Of a DNA stretch of 64,000 nt, positions 10,516 to 21,384 are shown in pieces. Within the stretch, counting starts at the first letter, position 1. Every line of letters begins with the position of its first letter. This DNA is from Amoebidium appalachense. Lineage: Eukaryota; Protista; Ichthyosporea. The stretch lies in contig CAVNZM010000001.1 in assembly GCA_963693365.1 (NCBI GenBank), positions 1,334,562 through 1,398,561 on the forward strand, given 5' to 3'. The translations under genes and the position numbers were made by a program. The notes beneath the pieces are model-generated. The model was given only the letters and a program-made list of their open reading frames with translations, had not been told where the DNA came from and ran no database searches.

Positions 10516-11685
10516 ATGCCGCCGAAAAAGCGCCCGGCCTCAGCCGCCGCCCCTGCCGCGGCACCTAAGCGCCTGACCCGCAGCGACCTCCGCCACAGGC
10601 TGACCAACGCTCCCGCGGACACTGACGCGCCTCCAGCGGCCCATACCACCACGGACCCGGACCCGCCGGCTACTCTCCCCTCCACCCCTGAAGTCCCCCC
10701 TCAGGCCCCGCCGTCCCCGCAGATGACTTCTCAAGACGCCGTCCTGGCCGCCCTCACCGCCATCAGCACCCAGATGGCTGGCGTCCTGGCTGCTCTCACC
10801 AACCGCGACCCTCCCGCGCCCCCCGCCGCGCCCTCCACACCCGGGGAGGTTTCCCCGGGGCTGCATCTCGGCCCTGACCTTGACCTGCCTGCCCTGCCCG
10901 CGCCCCCCATCACAGGTGAGAACACTGGCGACATTCAGCCGGGCACACTCCCGCTTCCCCCCGCGGATGTGCTGGCAGATTTGCGCGCCAATCGTTTCGT
11001 CGACCTGTATAAGTTCACCCCCGCCGCCCTCCTGGCCCCATCCAAGAAAGGTCAGCATCTGCGCATGGCCGACGACGGCAGCATCGAGACTTTTCGCCAA
11101 GACACACCCGTTCCCCTGCGTTCACTCGTCATTTGGATCCAAGCTTGGACCCATTACATGGCCGCCAAGCACCACCTCGGCCTTCCCACGGACAAAGACG
11201 TACTTTGGACTCAGCACATCACTCGCCTCAGCACCCGATACCCGTGGGCCCAGATCCACAACTATGACGTATACGCCCGCACCGTGGCCCACCAGCAGGG
11301 TCGGGCTCCGATCGAGTGCCCCAACCTGCTCGCCCAACTCCACCAGGATCTCCTCCTGCCACCCACCCTGCTCATCCAGGACGCATGTCAGCGCTGTGGC
11401 TTCCCCGACCACCCCAGCGCGGCCTGCCCCATGTACCCCAAGCCCGGCTGTGGTCTTGACGGCTTTAAGCCGCCCCACAAACCCGGCGGGGGTCACACCC
11501 CTAACCGCCCTGGCCCGCAACCCGGCCCGGCCAAACCGGCCCGACCCGTAGATCTACCCGCGACGCACTGCAGGAATTTCCACATTAACGGTCGGTCCTG
11601 CGCTAAGCAGCCCTGCCCCTTCTCCCACGTGTGCCCGCTCTGCTCTGGCACACACCCCCGCAAAGACTGCAAGCACAATGCCTAG
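10516..11685 (+). CDS. gag: Ngaro ORF1 Gag-like protein with zinc fingers, 389 aa
   Basis: First ORF after A1. C-terminal CQRCGFPDHPSAAC (CCHC), CRNFHINGRSCAKQPCPFSH (CCCH) and CPLCSGTHPRKDC. Confidence 0.85.
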   Translation: MPPKKRPASAAAPAAAPKRLTRSDLRHRLTNAPADTDAPPAAHTTTDPDPPATLPSTPEVPPQAPPSPQMTSQDAVLAALTAISTQMAGVLAALTNRDPPAPPAAPSTPGEVSPGLHLGPDLDLPALPAPPITGENTGDIQPGTLPLPPADVLADLRANRFVDLYKFTPAALLAPSKKGQHLRMADDGSIETFRQDTPVPLRSLVIWIQAWTHYMAAKHHLGLPTDKDVLWTQHITRLSTRYPWAQIHNYDVYARTVAHQQGRAPIECPNLLAQLHQDLLLPPTLLIQDACQRCGFPDHPSAACPMYPKPGCGLDGFKPPHKPGGGHTPNRPGPQPGPAKPARPVDLPATHCRNFHINGRSCAKQPCPFSHVCPLCSGTHPRKDCKHNA

Positions 11686-11960
11686 TCTACGCGCACACCC
11701 ACACACACAGCTAGAACATAGGGGTTCGGAGCTAGGACACACGAGTACAGGGAAACGGAGCTCGGGAGAACGGGCCAATAGGGCTGAGTACAAAATTTCG
11801 CAGGCCAACTACGGCGCCCGCGCGCGTCAAGAATAAATGTCCCTATACAAAGACGTTTATTCTGGCCACTGCACATAATTTTACTCCCCCCCCCCCATCC
11901 CACGAGCCTCCCCCCCCCCCCCTTACACTCACCTAGCACTCCCCCCCTTCCCCCCCCCCC

Positions 11961-11990
<30 letters not shown>

Positions 11991-11994
<4 letters not shown>

Positions 11995-12699
11995 ATTTTG
12001 TGTGGGTAAACGGAGAAGCAGAGAGCACAGATGGGTGTTATGTAAAACACAACACAAAGACACACGGGAAAAACACAACCGGAGAGGAGGAACGATTTCT
12101 GGAACCATAGGAAGTGAATACGACTGCTTGTGATTTATTTCAAGATGAGGTCCCTTTTATACTTGGGAATGTGAAACGATAAACCAATCAAAAGAATGAA
12201 AACTATGAGTGTAAAATATATCGAATAAAATGTCTGTCGACATTTAGAATATAAAACTCAATCCTCTAATGAAAGAAACTTCTAATAAAAGCACGGAAAC
12301 ATTTAATAAAATGAAACCACTTATGTAACTATTAATTCATAACATATATTTATACATGTTCTTATCATAACACGTCTAAATATAATTTTTTTCTAATAGT
12401 TGAAGAACATAGCACAATGCTACGTCGTGGGAAAGGAATGAGAAAGGAATGTAAGTTACTATATTTGGGAAAATACAAACGAGATATGATTGGATGACAT
12501 ATATAGATTTTGACGCAAACGACAATACGTGTGCGCGAGCTAAGTATGTCGATACGTACACAGATCTAAGATGTCGTGTACACGGAAACGGAAAAGAAAG
12601 AAAGAAATGAAGAAAGGAAAAGGAAACAAACTACAACAACTAACAAATAAATACCAAACTCAACTTCTAAGTCTTGCTGAGAATTAAGTGAAGATGACA
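11991..12699 (-). repeat. copia 3' LTR
   Basis: TGTTATTTTG...AAGATGACA, a direct repeat of 17667-18374. The adjacent 12700-12710 reads TTGAGTGGGGA on the minus strand (PPT-like). Confidence 0.95.
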
Positions 12700-13180
12700 T
12701 CCCCACTCAAGGGTTGGAAGTTGGGTTCTCGTGAAGTTTGTTGATGTGACTGTTGATGTTAAGACTTTCACACATGTAGAAGTAGGTGCCGTGAAGTCAC
12801 AGTCAAGTTTCCCCACTCGAGAAGACAATGGAGAAGACTTGAAGGTGCAAGCCGGGGAAGAAAACCAAAACGGAAGAAGCACACAACGACGGTTGCCTCT
12901 GAAGACTCGGAAGATGACGGTAGCCAATGACGTGATATATAAATATATATAGAAGAAACAACTAGTGTATGTGTGACGTGTTGGTGGCTAATGATAAATA
13001 CATTATATATATGGTGGTATATAAATAAACGACGGATGGTGGAGAAGAAATCCCCACTGAAGATGCACACACTGAAGATCGATGAAGACAGCAGTAGACT
13101 TTCGTTGGGAGGTGTCTCTACACGGTGATGTGTAGACCACTGGCCAGGGCCCCAACCTACTTGAAGACCACTGTAGATGA

Positions 13181-13221
<41 letters not shown>

Positions 13222-13222
13222 C

Positions 13223-13786
13223 TCAGTCACGAAGACTGAGTGAATCACGGTGTTGCTCGTGGGAGGGCCCGGGCAGGGGCTTGGTGAAGATGTCAGCCAC
13301 GTTGTCTTTGCTGGACACGTAGGTGACGACCACATCCCCACTCTTGATGTAGTCCTTCGTGTTGTGGTAACGGACTGCAATGTGTTTGGTCCGGTGCTTG
13401 ATGCTGTTGGTGTGCAGGAGGGCAAGGGTGGACTGGTTGTCACAGTAGACGGGGGTGGGGTCGGTCATCGGGTAGCCGAGTTCACGGAGGAGATCACGGT
13501 GCCAGATGACGTTTTGAACAGCAGCATTGATGGCCAGAAGCTCAGCCTCGGTGGTGGATGTTGCCGTGATGGACTGCAGCTTCGAATACCATGTGATGGG
13601 TATGCCCTTGAAGAAGATGACGTATCCGGTGGTTGAACGACGGGTGTTGGGGCAGTTGGCAAAGTCAGCATCAGAATAACACTCCAGCAAGGGGGTGTTG
13701 TCGTTGGAAGCAGACTTGTCGTAGTGAAGGCCGAGGTTGGAAGTGCCGATGAGGTACCGAACTACACGGAGAGTAGACATTCCCAT
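13223..13786 (-). CDS. pol: copia RNase H part of Pol (after frameshift)
   Basis: YSDADFA, TEAE, CDNQS, RTKHIAVRYH and ADIFTK motifs. Removing a 2-bp TC duplication at ~13770 restores AWECLLRVVRYL. Confidence 0.9.
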   Translation of the reverse strand: MGMSTLRVVRYLIGTSNLGLHYDKSASNDNTPLLECYSDADFANCPNTRRSTTGYVIFFKGIPITWYSKLQSITATSTTEAELLAINAAVQNVIWHRDLLRELGYPMTDPTPVYCDNQSTLALLHTNSIKHRTKHIAVRYHNTKDYIKSGDVVVTYVSSKDNVADIFTKPLPGPSHEQHRDSLSLRD

Positions 13787-15168
13787 GCAAGTTTGGTGGG
13801 GTTGGCACTGAATCTACCGAGGTAGCCGATGGCAAAGGAGATGTCAGGCCGGGAACAACGAGCAACCCACAAAAGACGGCCGAGTAGTTCACGGTAGGGA
13901 ACCTTGATGGGTGGTGAGTCGTTCTCGTTGATGGTGATGACGGTGCCGACGGGAATGGGAGTAGCCTTGGGGTGAGCATCGTTGAGGTTGAAGTCTCTGA
14001 CGATGTCGTTGATGTAGGATTGCTGAAGCAGCTTGAGGTGACCGGGGGTGTGGATGAGCTGGGTGCCAAGGAAGATGTCGGGAAGGTCAACCTTGCAGAG
14101 AGCTGACTTCATGATGTGGTCTACTAGATCCTTGGTGTGGGAGGAGTTGGCCGTGCAGATGATGATGACGTCGTCCACATAGTTGCCAGTGAGGATGATG
14201 TCACCGTTGGGGAAGGTCTTGATGTAGACACATGGATCTGAACGGAGACGTTCGAGACCGTGAGCAAGGAGGACCTTGTCGAAGTACTCATACCAGGCCA
14301 GTGATGCTTGCTTGAGCCCGTAGAGTGCCTTCTTAAGTTTCCAGACCTTGTGTTCGTTGCCGGGGGTGATGAAGCCAGGTGGTGGCTCAATGTAGATGTC
14401 TTCTTGAAGAGGACTGTTGAGGAAGGCAGTTGAGACGTCGAGTTGATGAATCTCATGGTTGCCGTCCACACCGATGGCAAGGAGGGCACGGACGGAGGAG
14501 GACATCACCACGGGGGAAGAGGTGTCACCGTAGTCAACACCGTAGACTTGAGTGAAGCCTTTTTCAACACCACGAGCTTTGATCTTGGTGTCACCGGCTG
14601 AGTTGAGGACTTTCTCAGTCACAATCCACTTGAACTTGATGATGTTGGCACCAGGGGGGGGATCAACAATGGTGAAGACATCCTTGGTGATGAAGGCTTG
14701 GTACTCGGAGGTGAGGGCAGCTATGACGGCATCACCGTTGGGACCGTTGCAAAGCTTTTGAATGCCCTTGGGGAGCTGGTCAATGTTGATGGTCGGTGCT
14801 ACGATGCTGACCAGTGCCGTTGGAGTCTTGGTGAGACGTGTAGACCGACGAAGGTTGGGCTTGGGGGGGTCCTTGAGGGGGGTGGTGGCCGGGTAGGTGG
14901 TGGAGGCCGGGATAGGGGCATGGAAGCCAGGAATAGGACCGGTGGTGAGGGGGGCATCGGTGTCCACAGGGCTGCTCGTGGCCGAGTGGAAGGTGGGGGA
15001 CCCAGGACGAACCGGAGTCATGTAGCCGGGTTGATGCACAGCAACGGGGGGGGCCGGCAGCAAGGGTTGTTGGCCAGTGGGGGGGGGGGCTCGGGGGAGG
15101 CACGGGTTCAACCGGGGCTGGTTGGTTGTGCCAGGACGGTTGGGAGATGACCACAGACGGAGTTTCAT
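13762..15168 (-). CDS. pol: copia reverse transcriptase part of Pol (between two frameshifts)
   Basis: KARGVEKGFTQVYGVDY, HQLDVSTAFLN, KALYGLKQA, YVDD and RPDISFA motifs. The upstream frameshift probably lies in the G-runs near 15050-15100. Confidence 0.9.
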   Translation of the reverse strand: MKLRLWSSPNRPGTTNQPRLNPCLPRAPPPTGQQPLLPAPPVAVHQPGYMTPVRPGSPTFHSATSSPVDTDAPLTTGPIPGFHAPIPASTTYPATTPLKDPPKPNLRRSTRLTKTPTALVSIVAPTINIDQLPKGIQKLCNGPNGDAVIAALTSEYQAFITKDVFTIVDPPPGANIIKFKWIVTEKVLNSAGDTKIKARGVEKGFTQVYGVDYGDTSSPVVMSSSVRALLAIGVDGNHEIHQLDVSTAFLNSPLQEDIYIEPPPGFITPGNEHKVWKLKKALYGLKQASLAWYEYFDKVLLAHGLERLRSDPCVYIKTFPNGDIILTGNYVDDVIIICTANSSHTKDLVDHIMKSALCKVDLPDIFLGTQLIHTPGHLKLLQQSYINDIVRDFNLNDAHPKATPIPVGTVITINENDSPPIKVPYRELLGRLLWVARCSRPDISFAIGYLGRFSANPTKLAWECLLSV

Positions 15169-17590
15169 CGTCGTCGTCGGAGGGGGGGTCCAATGTCGGC
15201 AGATCGGGTTTGGGGGGAACGGAGACCTGATTGGTGCTGCCCGTGAATTTCGACTCGTCGAAGATCACATCACGGCAGATCTTGATTTGGTTGCTGGCAA
15301 GGTCGAGGATCTTGTGTGCCTTGGAGGGTAGGTCCCAGCCGACGTAGGTGCCGACTCTGACGGTTGATGCCAGCTTGTTCCTCTTTGACCGGGGAACATG
15401 GACATAGGCAGGGGAGCCGAACACGTGGAGCTGGGAGACGTCGGGTTTGAAGCCGTGGAAGGCCTCGAAGGGAGTGTTGCCGTTGGCAGCAGATGACGGT
15501 GTGACGTTGATGATGTAGCTTGTATGATTGAGAGCAGCAACCCACAACTTGGGAGAGAGAGGTTGGTCCTTGTCGGCATGGAGGAAGCAACGGACTGTCT
15601 CTTGCAGTTCTCTCATCTTCCGTTCAACAACACCATTGTGTTGTGGTGTGTCGACGGGGGCAAACTCCATGATGATGCCTTTCTGCTTGCAGTAGGCCTC
15701 GGTGTCCTTGGAGGTGAACTCAGAGCCGGAGTCAAACCGAAGATGGGTGACGATCTCAGGTGTCTGACGTTCGATGGTTTCAACGAGAGACTGAATGTGG
15801 CTGAGGGTTTCACCACGGTTGTAAAGGGGGAACACGATGGTGTAACCGGTGGCATCACAAACACACACCAGAGCAACCTTGTAGCCTCCGTAGGAAGCAC
15901 AGGGAGCTTCGAAGAAGTCCAGGTGCCACTTAGCACCGGGAATGGTGAACTTGGAACGGGTGCCGGGAAAGGGGGCCTTGGTGGTCTTGCCAGACATGCA
16001 GCCGAAGCAGTCACTGTTGTCGGGTGACTTGAGGGAGGGGGGCATGCCGATGACAAGCTCATCCTTGGCCATCCTGGTGACGGTGGAGAGGGCACGGTGG
16101 CCGAGACGGTTGTGCCAAAGGGTGAGGTCGTCGGGTGGTTGAGTCCTTGCTGTGTAGGCTTGGACCCCCGGGTGTTTAGGAGTCTCAATCACATAGTCAG
16201 TGATGTAGTAGAGACCGTCGAGGGGGGTGAGATCTGTAATAATGTCACCATTACGGCTGTAGAGGAACGACGGGTGGTTGTCTGTATCGTCACAATGACC
16301 TAGGAGGCCGGCAGCTGATGCCATGGAGGTAGACACGAGGAAAGACGATGCCTCGGGTACGTAGTAAGCATTGATGCTGCACGGTGTTGGGTGGCCGTTG
16401 TAGTGCAGTGTCATGTTGATGATGCCACGTTGTTTGGCATTGACTGTGCCGAGGCCGTGAATGGGGGTGGGAGGACACGGGGTAAGGGAGGAGAAATACT
16501 CCTTGATGGGGCAGATGTGTGCATTACAAGCACTGTCCCAGACGGGGTCGTTACTGTCAGGTGTGCCGGTGGAGGAGATGAGTGCAAATTTCACACTCTT
16601 GTCACCTTTCTCCTGCTTGGCACGACGAGCAACTGTGCAGCCAGGCTCCGGGCATGCTGTGATGTGGTGGGGCTCATGGCAGTAGGAACACTTCACACTG
16701 TTGGTGTTGTGCTGTCGGTTACGGTTGTCCCTGTTACCACGGTGGTAAGGGGAAGTTGAACGGGGGCCGGGTGACTTGGAGGGAGGACGAGGATCACGGG
16801 AACGGGACGGGGAACGGTGAGGTGTATGCTCACGTCGAGGAATACGGTTACGGAGGTCACCGGGGGGAAGCACTCTGCTCTGGAGTGTACGGAGGGGACG
16901 GTTGTTGACGGTTGCACCTGTGCCTGCGTCGATGAGGCCGGCACGGATTTCAGCTCCTCGGATGTCACTGATGAGCATGTTGAAGGACGGGTAGGCCTTG
17001 TTGTTCATCCAGTAGTCGGAGCAGAGACGTTCAATGTCGGGGCAGACCAGGGCTGTGTTCTTCCGGATGTGGAGGAAGAACTTACGTACGACATCCTTGT
17101 GCTGGACGGGTTCGTCGAGGCAGGCAAGTGTCGTAGCCAGACGTTGGAGACGGGTGAGGTATGCTGTGACGTTGGGGTAGTCTCGTAGTTCAAGCTCCTC
17201 GAAGGTGACTTGAATCTGGGTGACTCGGGCCTCCTTCTCTGCTACATACGCCATACGTAGGTTGTGGAAGACTTCACCACCGTGGACACCGTCTTGCATC
17301 CGGCCGGAGTCGTAGAGCTCGGTCGGGTGGACGGACTGGTTGAGGATCTGGTCGAGGACGTCGGAAGCTTTCTTGTAGGAGTCCTTGGTGGTGTAGCCTA
17401 GCCACTGGTTGGCTTCAGCGCCGTCAACCCACTGTGGCCTCTTGATAGCGTCAACGAATTTCTCGGCAATGGTGGTTCTAATGAACCGGTGAATGAGTGG
17501 CTCCCACTCGAAATAATTAAGACGTTTCTCGTCTCGTTTCTCGGACGGATTCCATATTGGAAGGTTGATATACGACGGTTTGTCAGTCAT
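14780..17590 (-). CDS. copia Gag-protease-integrase polyprotein (C-terminal ~100 aa out of frame)
   Basis: CCHC knuckle CSYCHEPHHITAC, protease WDSACNAH, integrase HHCC (WHNRLGH...CFGC) and DDE (HLD...FDSGSEF...NGVVER). Confidence 0.92.
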   Translation of the reverse strand: MTDKPSYINLPIWNPSEKRDEKRLNYFEWEPLIHRFIRTTIAEKFVDAIKRPQWVDGAEANQWLGYTTKDSYKKASDVLDQILNQSVHPTELYDSGRMQDGVHGGEVFHNLRMAYVAEKEARVTQIQVTFEELELRDYPNVTAYLTRLQRLATTLACLDEPVQHKDVVRKFFLHIRKNTALVCPDIERLCSDYWMNNKAYPSFNMLISDIRGAEIRAGLIDAGTGATVNNRPLRTLQSRVLPPGDLRNRIPRREHTPHRSPSRSRDPRPPSKSPGPRSTSPYHRGNRDNRNRQHNTNSVKCSYCHEPHHITACPEPGCTVARRAKQEKGDKSVKFALISSTGTPDSNDPVWDSACNAHICPIKEYFSSLTPCPPTPIHGLGTVNAKQRGIINMTLHYNGHPTPCSINAYYVPEASSFLVSTSMASAAGLLGHCDDTDNHPSFLYSRNGDIITDLTPLDGLYYITDYVIETPKHPGVQAYTARTQPPDDLTLWHNRLGHRALSTVTRMAKDELVIGMPPSLKSPDNSDCFGCMSGKTTKAPFPGTRSKFTIPGAKWHLDFFEAPCASYGGYKVALVCVCDATGYTIVFPLYNRGETLSHIQSLVETIERQTPEIVTHLRFDSGSEFTSKDTEAYCKQKGIIMEFAPVDTPQHNGVVERKMRELQETVRCFLHADKDQPLSPKLWVAALNHTSYIINVTPSSAANGNTPFEAFHGFKPDVSQLHVFGSPAYVHVPRSKRNKLASTVRVGTYVGWDLPSKAHKILDLASNQIKICRDVIFDESKFTGSTNQVSVPPKPDLPTLDPPSDDDDETPSVVISQPSWHNQPAPVEPVPPPSPPPHWPTTLAAGPPRCCASTRLHDSGSSWVPHLPLGHEQPCGHRCPPHHRSYSWLPCPYPGLHHLPGHHPPQGPPQAQPSSVYTSHQDSNGTGQHRSTDHQH

Positions 17591-17643
17591 GATTGAAGCA
17601 GTAAGACTGAGAGATTTTCGCGGTTGTAGCGAGATTGTGTGTT

Positions 17644-17666
17644 AGCGTGCAAAGGGGCCGTAAACC
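17644..17666 (-). promoter_or_regulatory. Degenerate primer-binding site, tRNA-iMet half-molecule type
   Basis: GGTTTACGGCCCCTTTGCACGCT directly follows the 5' LTR and aligns with bulges to GGTTATGGGCCCAGCACGCT. Confidence 0.5.
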
Positions 17667-18374
17667 TGTTATTTTGTGTGGGTAAACGGAGAAGCAGAGA
17701 GCACAGATGGGTGTTATGTAAAACACAACACAAAGACACACGGGAAAAACACAACCGGAGAGGAGGAACGATTTCTGGAACCATAGGAAGTGAATACGAC
17801 TGCTTGTGATTTATTTCAAGATGAGGTCCCTTTTATACTTGGGAATGTGAAACGATAAACCAATCAAAAGAATGAAAACTATGAGTGTAAAATATATCGA
17901 ATAAAATGTCTGTCGACATTTAGAATATAAAACTCAATCCTCTAATGAAAGAAACTTCTAATAAAAGCACGGAAACATTTAATAAAATGAAACCACTTAT
18001 GTAACTATTAATTCATAACATATATTTATACATGTTCTTATCATAACACGTCTAAATATAATTTTTCCTAATAGTTGAAGAACATAGCACAATGCTACGT
18101 CGTGGGAAAGGAATGAGAAAGGAATGTAAGTTACTATATTTGGGAAAATACAAACGAGATATGATTGGATGACATATATAGATTTTGACGCAAACGACAA
18201 TACGTGTGCGCGAGCTAAGTATGTCGATACGTACACAGATCTAAGATGTCGTGTACACGGAAACGGAAAAGAAAGAAAGAAATGAAGAAAGGAAAAGGAA
18301 ACAAACTACAACAACTAATAAATAAATACCAAACTCAACTTCTAAGTCTTGCTGAGAATTAAGTGAAGATGACA
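17667..18374 (-). repeat. copia 5' LTR
   Basis: Direct repeat of 11991-12699 with TG...CA ends. Confidence 0.95.
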
Positions 18375-18421
18375 CTCCCTCCCCCCCCTTCTTCTACCGC
18401 TGTGTCCGCCCACACCCCCGC

Positions 18422-18545
18422 GTGCTCGGGCACATTCCCCTGCACAGGGCCCCGCTGCCCTCCCTGCCAACCCTCACTTGGGCCAAGCTGCCCTACTCTA
18501 ACCCCCCGGGGCCCTGCTGCCCCCCCCCCCCCCCCCCCCCCCCCA

Positions 18546-18580
<35 letters not shown>

Positions 18581-20275
18581 CTGCCGGGATCTCCCCAAGG
18601 GTACACCACCTGTTACACCACCCTTGCTAACCACCCCTTCCCCCGAGGCTCAGACCCGGAGGCCCGCCCGCTGCCCCAGCACCACATTGACACCTCCCGC
18701 CTCCGGGAACTGCTGGCCTCCTACCCGGACCAACCATTCGCCGCACAACTCCTCCACGATGTCGAATTCGGCGTCGACATCGGCTATCGCGGCCCCTCCA
18801 CCTCTCGGGTGGGCCCCAACCTACCCACCACCCCGGAGGCAGCTGCCGCTATCACGGTGGATATTGCCAAAGAAGTCGCCCTCGGCCACCTGCGCGGCCC
18901 CCTCTCCCCGGCCCAATTCTTTGACGAATTTCCCGTCCACCGTTCCTCCCCCATCGGCGCCGTTACCAAGAAAGGGAACCCCCCCAAGTACCGTCGAATC
19001 CACCACCTCTCCTGGCCCCGGGGTAGCAGTGTCAATGACCGCATCACCTACCCCGACGAACTTCAGTACATTCGCGCCCGGGATGTCACCCAACTCATTC
19101 TCGACGCAGGCCCCGGCTGCTACATGGCCGTGGCAGATGTGCAGGCTGCCTTCCGGCACATGCCCATCCGACCGGAAGACCACCACTTAATGGCATTCAA
19201 ATGGCAAGGGCATTTTTACGTTGAAACCAGACTGCCCTTCGGCCTGAAATCTAGCCCAGCCATCTGGGAACGGATCGCGGCCACCCTACAGTGGCTGGCA
19301 CACCAGCACGGTATTACCCTCATCCGCCACTACGTAGACGACTGGATTATAGTCGCCCCCACACAACAGCAGTGCCAACGTCACCTATCCACCTTTCTGC
19401 AACTCTGCCGAGAGCTGCACATTGCCATCTCCGAAGACAAGATGCAGGGCCCGGCTACCCGTGTCGTCTTCATCGGTATCGAATTCGACTCCATCGCCAT
19501 GGAGGCACGAATCCCGGCTTCCAAGCTCTCGGACCTACTCGACCTCACTTCCCACCCAAAGCCCACCATCACCATTCGGGACCTCCAGTCCCTCCTCGGC
19601 AAACTCACCTGGTGTGCCCAGCTGGTTCCCCCCGGGAGGGCCTTCTCCCAGCGCCTATGGGCCCTTCTCCGGACCCACCCACACCTTGCCGGCCACCACC
19701 ACATACGACTGACTGCTGCCGCCCGGGCCGACATAGCCGAATGGCACCAGTTCCTCACATCATGGAATGGGGTGCACCTCATCACACCCCCCACATACAC
19801 CACCCTGGCCACTGATGCTGCCGGATCGGTGGGTCTAGGTGGCCACTGGCTCGACCAATGGTTCTTCATGCCCTGGTCCCCCTCCACCCAAGACCTCTAT
19901 GCTCATGAGGGTAAACTCGGTTCTTCCGTCATCGAACTCCTGGCCATCGCAGCCGCCGTGGCCCTCTGGGCCCCCTCCTGGTCCACCCACCATGTCCGTA
20001 TTTTATGCGACAACACGGGTGCTGTGTCTGACCTGCACTCCCGGTCTTCCCCCCACCCCGTGATGGCCAAACTTATTCGGTTCATCACCCGCATGGAAAT
20101 GCAATACCAATTTACGTTACAGGCATCCTACCTACCAGGACCCCTCAACCATCTGGCCGATGCCATTTCTCGTAACCAACTTCCCCGGGCCCGACGACTC
20201 CGACCTTCCCTGCAACCGGAGCCCTGCCCCTTCCCCTCCTGGGTCCACGAGTTCCTATCCCTTCCCTTGGGCTAA
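18422..20275 (+). CDS. pol: Ngaro reverse transcriptase/RNase H (true start uncertain)
   Basis: RRIHHLSWP, ADVQAAF, RLPFG and YVDD. RNase H ATDAAG...IELLA...CDNT...NHLADAISR. Confidence 0.93.
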
Positions 20276-21356
20276 CCCCCCCCCCCCCCCCCCAGATCTC
20301 CCGTTCCGGAGCAACACTGGCAGATTGGCCCCCCACTTTGCTCCGGCCGAGCTGCTTCGAGCCACCACTACCCTGCAGGAATGCCAGGCCCTGAGTCTCA
20401 ACCTCGACTCTCGGGCCTTTTACTCCCGGGTGCAAAAAGTGTTCATCGATTTCTGTGTGGCATCTCGGCTGCAATCCTCCTCCGGGTCCTCCCTCCCGGC
20501 CTCCCCACACACCGTGCAACTTTTTCTCGCCTGGTGTGCCCAACGAGGGGTACAGGCCTCTTCCTTAACCGGCTACAATTCGGCCATCACCAGGCTCCAC
20601 CTCGACATGGGCCTCCCTGCTCCCTACCCCCACGACAAGTCTCTGGCCTGGTTCCTACGGGGGGTGGGCCGATGGCAGCTTTCTCACAACATCCGACCCC
20701 GCTCATCCACCAGGGAACCCCTCCTCCCCTCCCACCTCCACCTACTCCACGGCCAGTGCCCCACCAAGGCCTCCTCGGCCAATCTCCGGCTATGGACGGC
20801 CCTCATCGTCGGTTTCTGTGGTCTCCTCCGTTCAGGGGAATTTACCTCCAAGACCCTGACTTCTTTCGACCCGTCCCGTCACGTTAAACGGAAGGACGTG
20901 ACCTTCAGCTACACCCCCACCGCTACTTTGTCCCATGCCACCCTCCACCTGCCAACCTCTAAGACGGATGTACAGGCCCGAGGTGTCAACGTCACCCTAG
21001 CTGCCCTGCCCCTCACCCACTTCTCCCCAGCCCATCTCCTCCGGCAGTTCCTGGATACAACGTCCGGTCAACCCGACGACCCCCTCTTCAGTCTCGGTGG
21101 CATCCCCTACACCAAGAGTGCTTTCTCTGCCGATTTCCGTGCCCTCCTCTCCCGGGCAGGCCTCTCACCCTCCCGGTTTGCCGGACACAGCCTCCGCATC
21201 GGGGGGGCCACAGCACTGGCTGAGGCCGGGGTCGACGACTCCCGGATCAAACAACTCGGCCGGTGGTCCTCCGACTGCTTCCTGATCTATACCCGACTTC
21301 GTCCGGCCTCCATTGCTGCCACCACCACACGTGTATTCGCCTCTATTCTTAAGTGA
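20160..21356 (+). CDS. Ngaro tyrosine recombinase, 398 aa, overlapping the RNase H end
   Basis: Catalytic set GLLRSGE (R), SKTD (K), HSLR (H-x-x-R), LGRWSS (W) and FLIY (Y). Confidence 0.93.
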   Translation: MPFLVTNFPGPDDSDLPCNRSPAPSPPGSTSSYPFPWANPPPPPPDLPFRSNTGRLAPHFAPAELLRATTTLQECQALSLNLDSRAFYSRVQKVFIDFCVASRLQSSSGSSLPASPHTVQLFLAWCAQRGVQASSLTGYNSAITRLHLDMGLPAPYPHDKSLAWFLRGVGRWQLSHNIRPRSSTREPLLPSHLHLLHGQCPTKASSANLRLWTALIVGFCGLLRSGEFTSKTLTSFDPSRHVKRKDVTFSYTPTATLSHATLHLPTSKTDVQARGVNVTLAALPLTHFSPAHLLRQFLDTTSGQPDDPLFSLGGIPYTKSAFSADFRALLSRAGLSPSRFAGHSLRIGGATALAEAGVDDSRIKQLGRWSSDCFLIYTRLRPASIAATTTRVFASILK

Positions 21357-21384
21357 AACCTTTGGAGCAAGCATACTGCTCTCG

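Larger units (their letters stand above)
11991..18374 (-). mobile_element. Full-length Ty1/copia LTR retrotransposon inserted in Ngaro copy 1
   Basis: Two ~709-bp TG...CA LTRs differing at only about 3 positions by eye. Domain order Gag-PR-IN-RT-RH. TSD is unclear because the site is a poly-C tract. Confidence 0.95.

Noticed and set aside
11986-18379. 5-bp target-site duplication of the copia element
   Set aside because: Flanks are CCCCC and CTCCC inside a poly-C tract, so it cannot be called.
18784-20543. Antisense and alternate-frame ORFs in Ngaro and copia
   Set aside because: Expected in GC-rich coding DNA. They recur only because the copies are near-identical, and show no motifs.
20160-21356. 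Prophage integrase or Crypton
   Set aside because: The YR is linked to gag, RT/RH and split direct repeats, which defines an Ngaro-type retroelement. No inverted termini, ICR or methyltransferase as in DIRS1.
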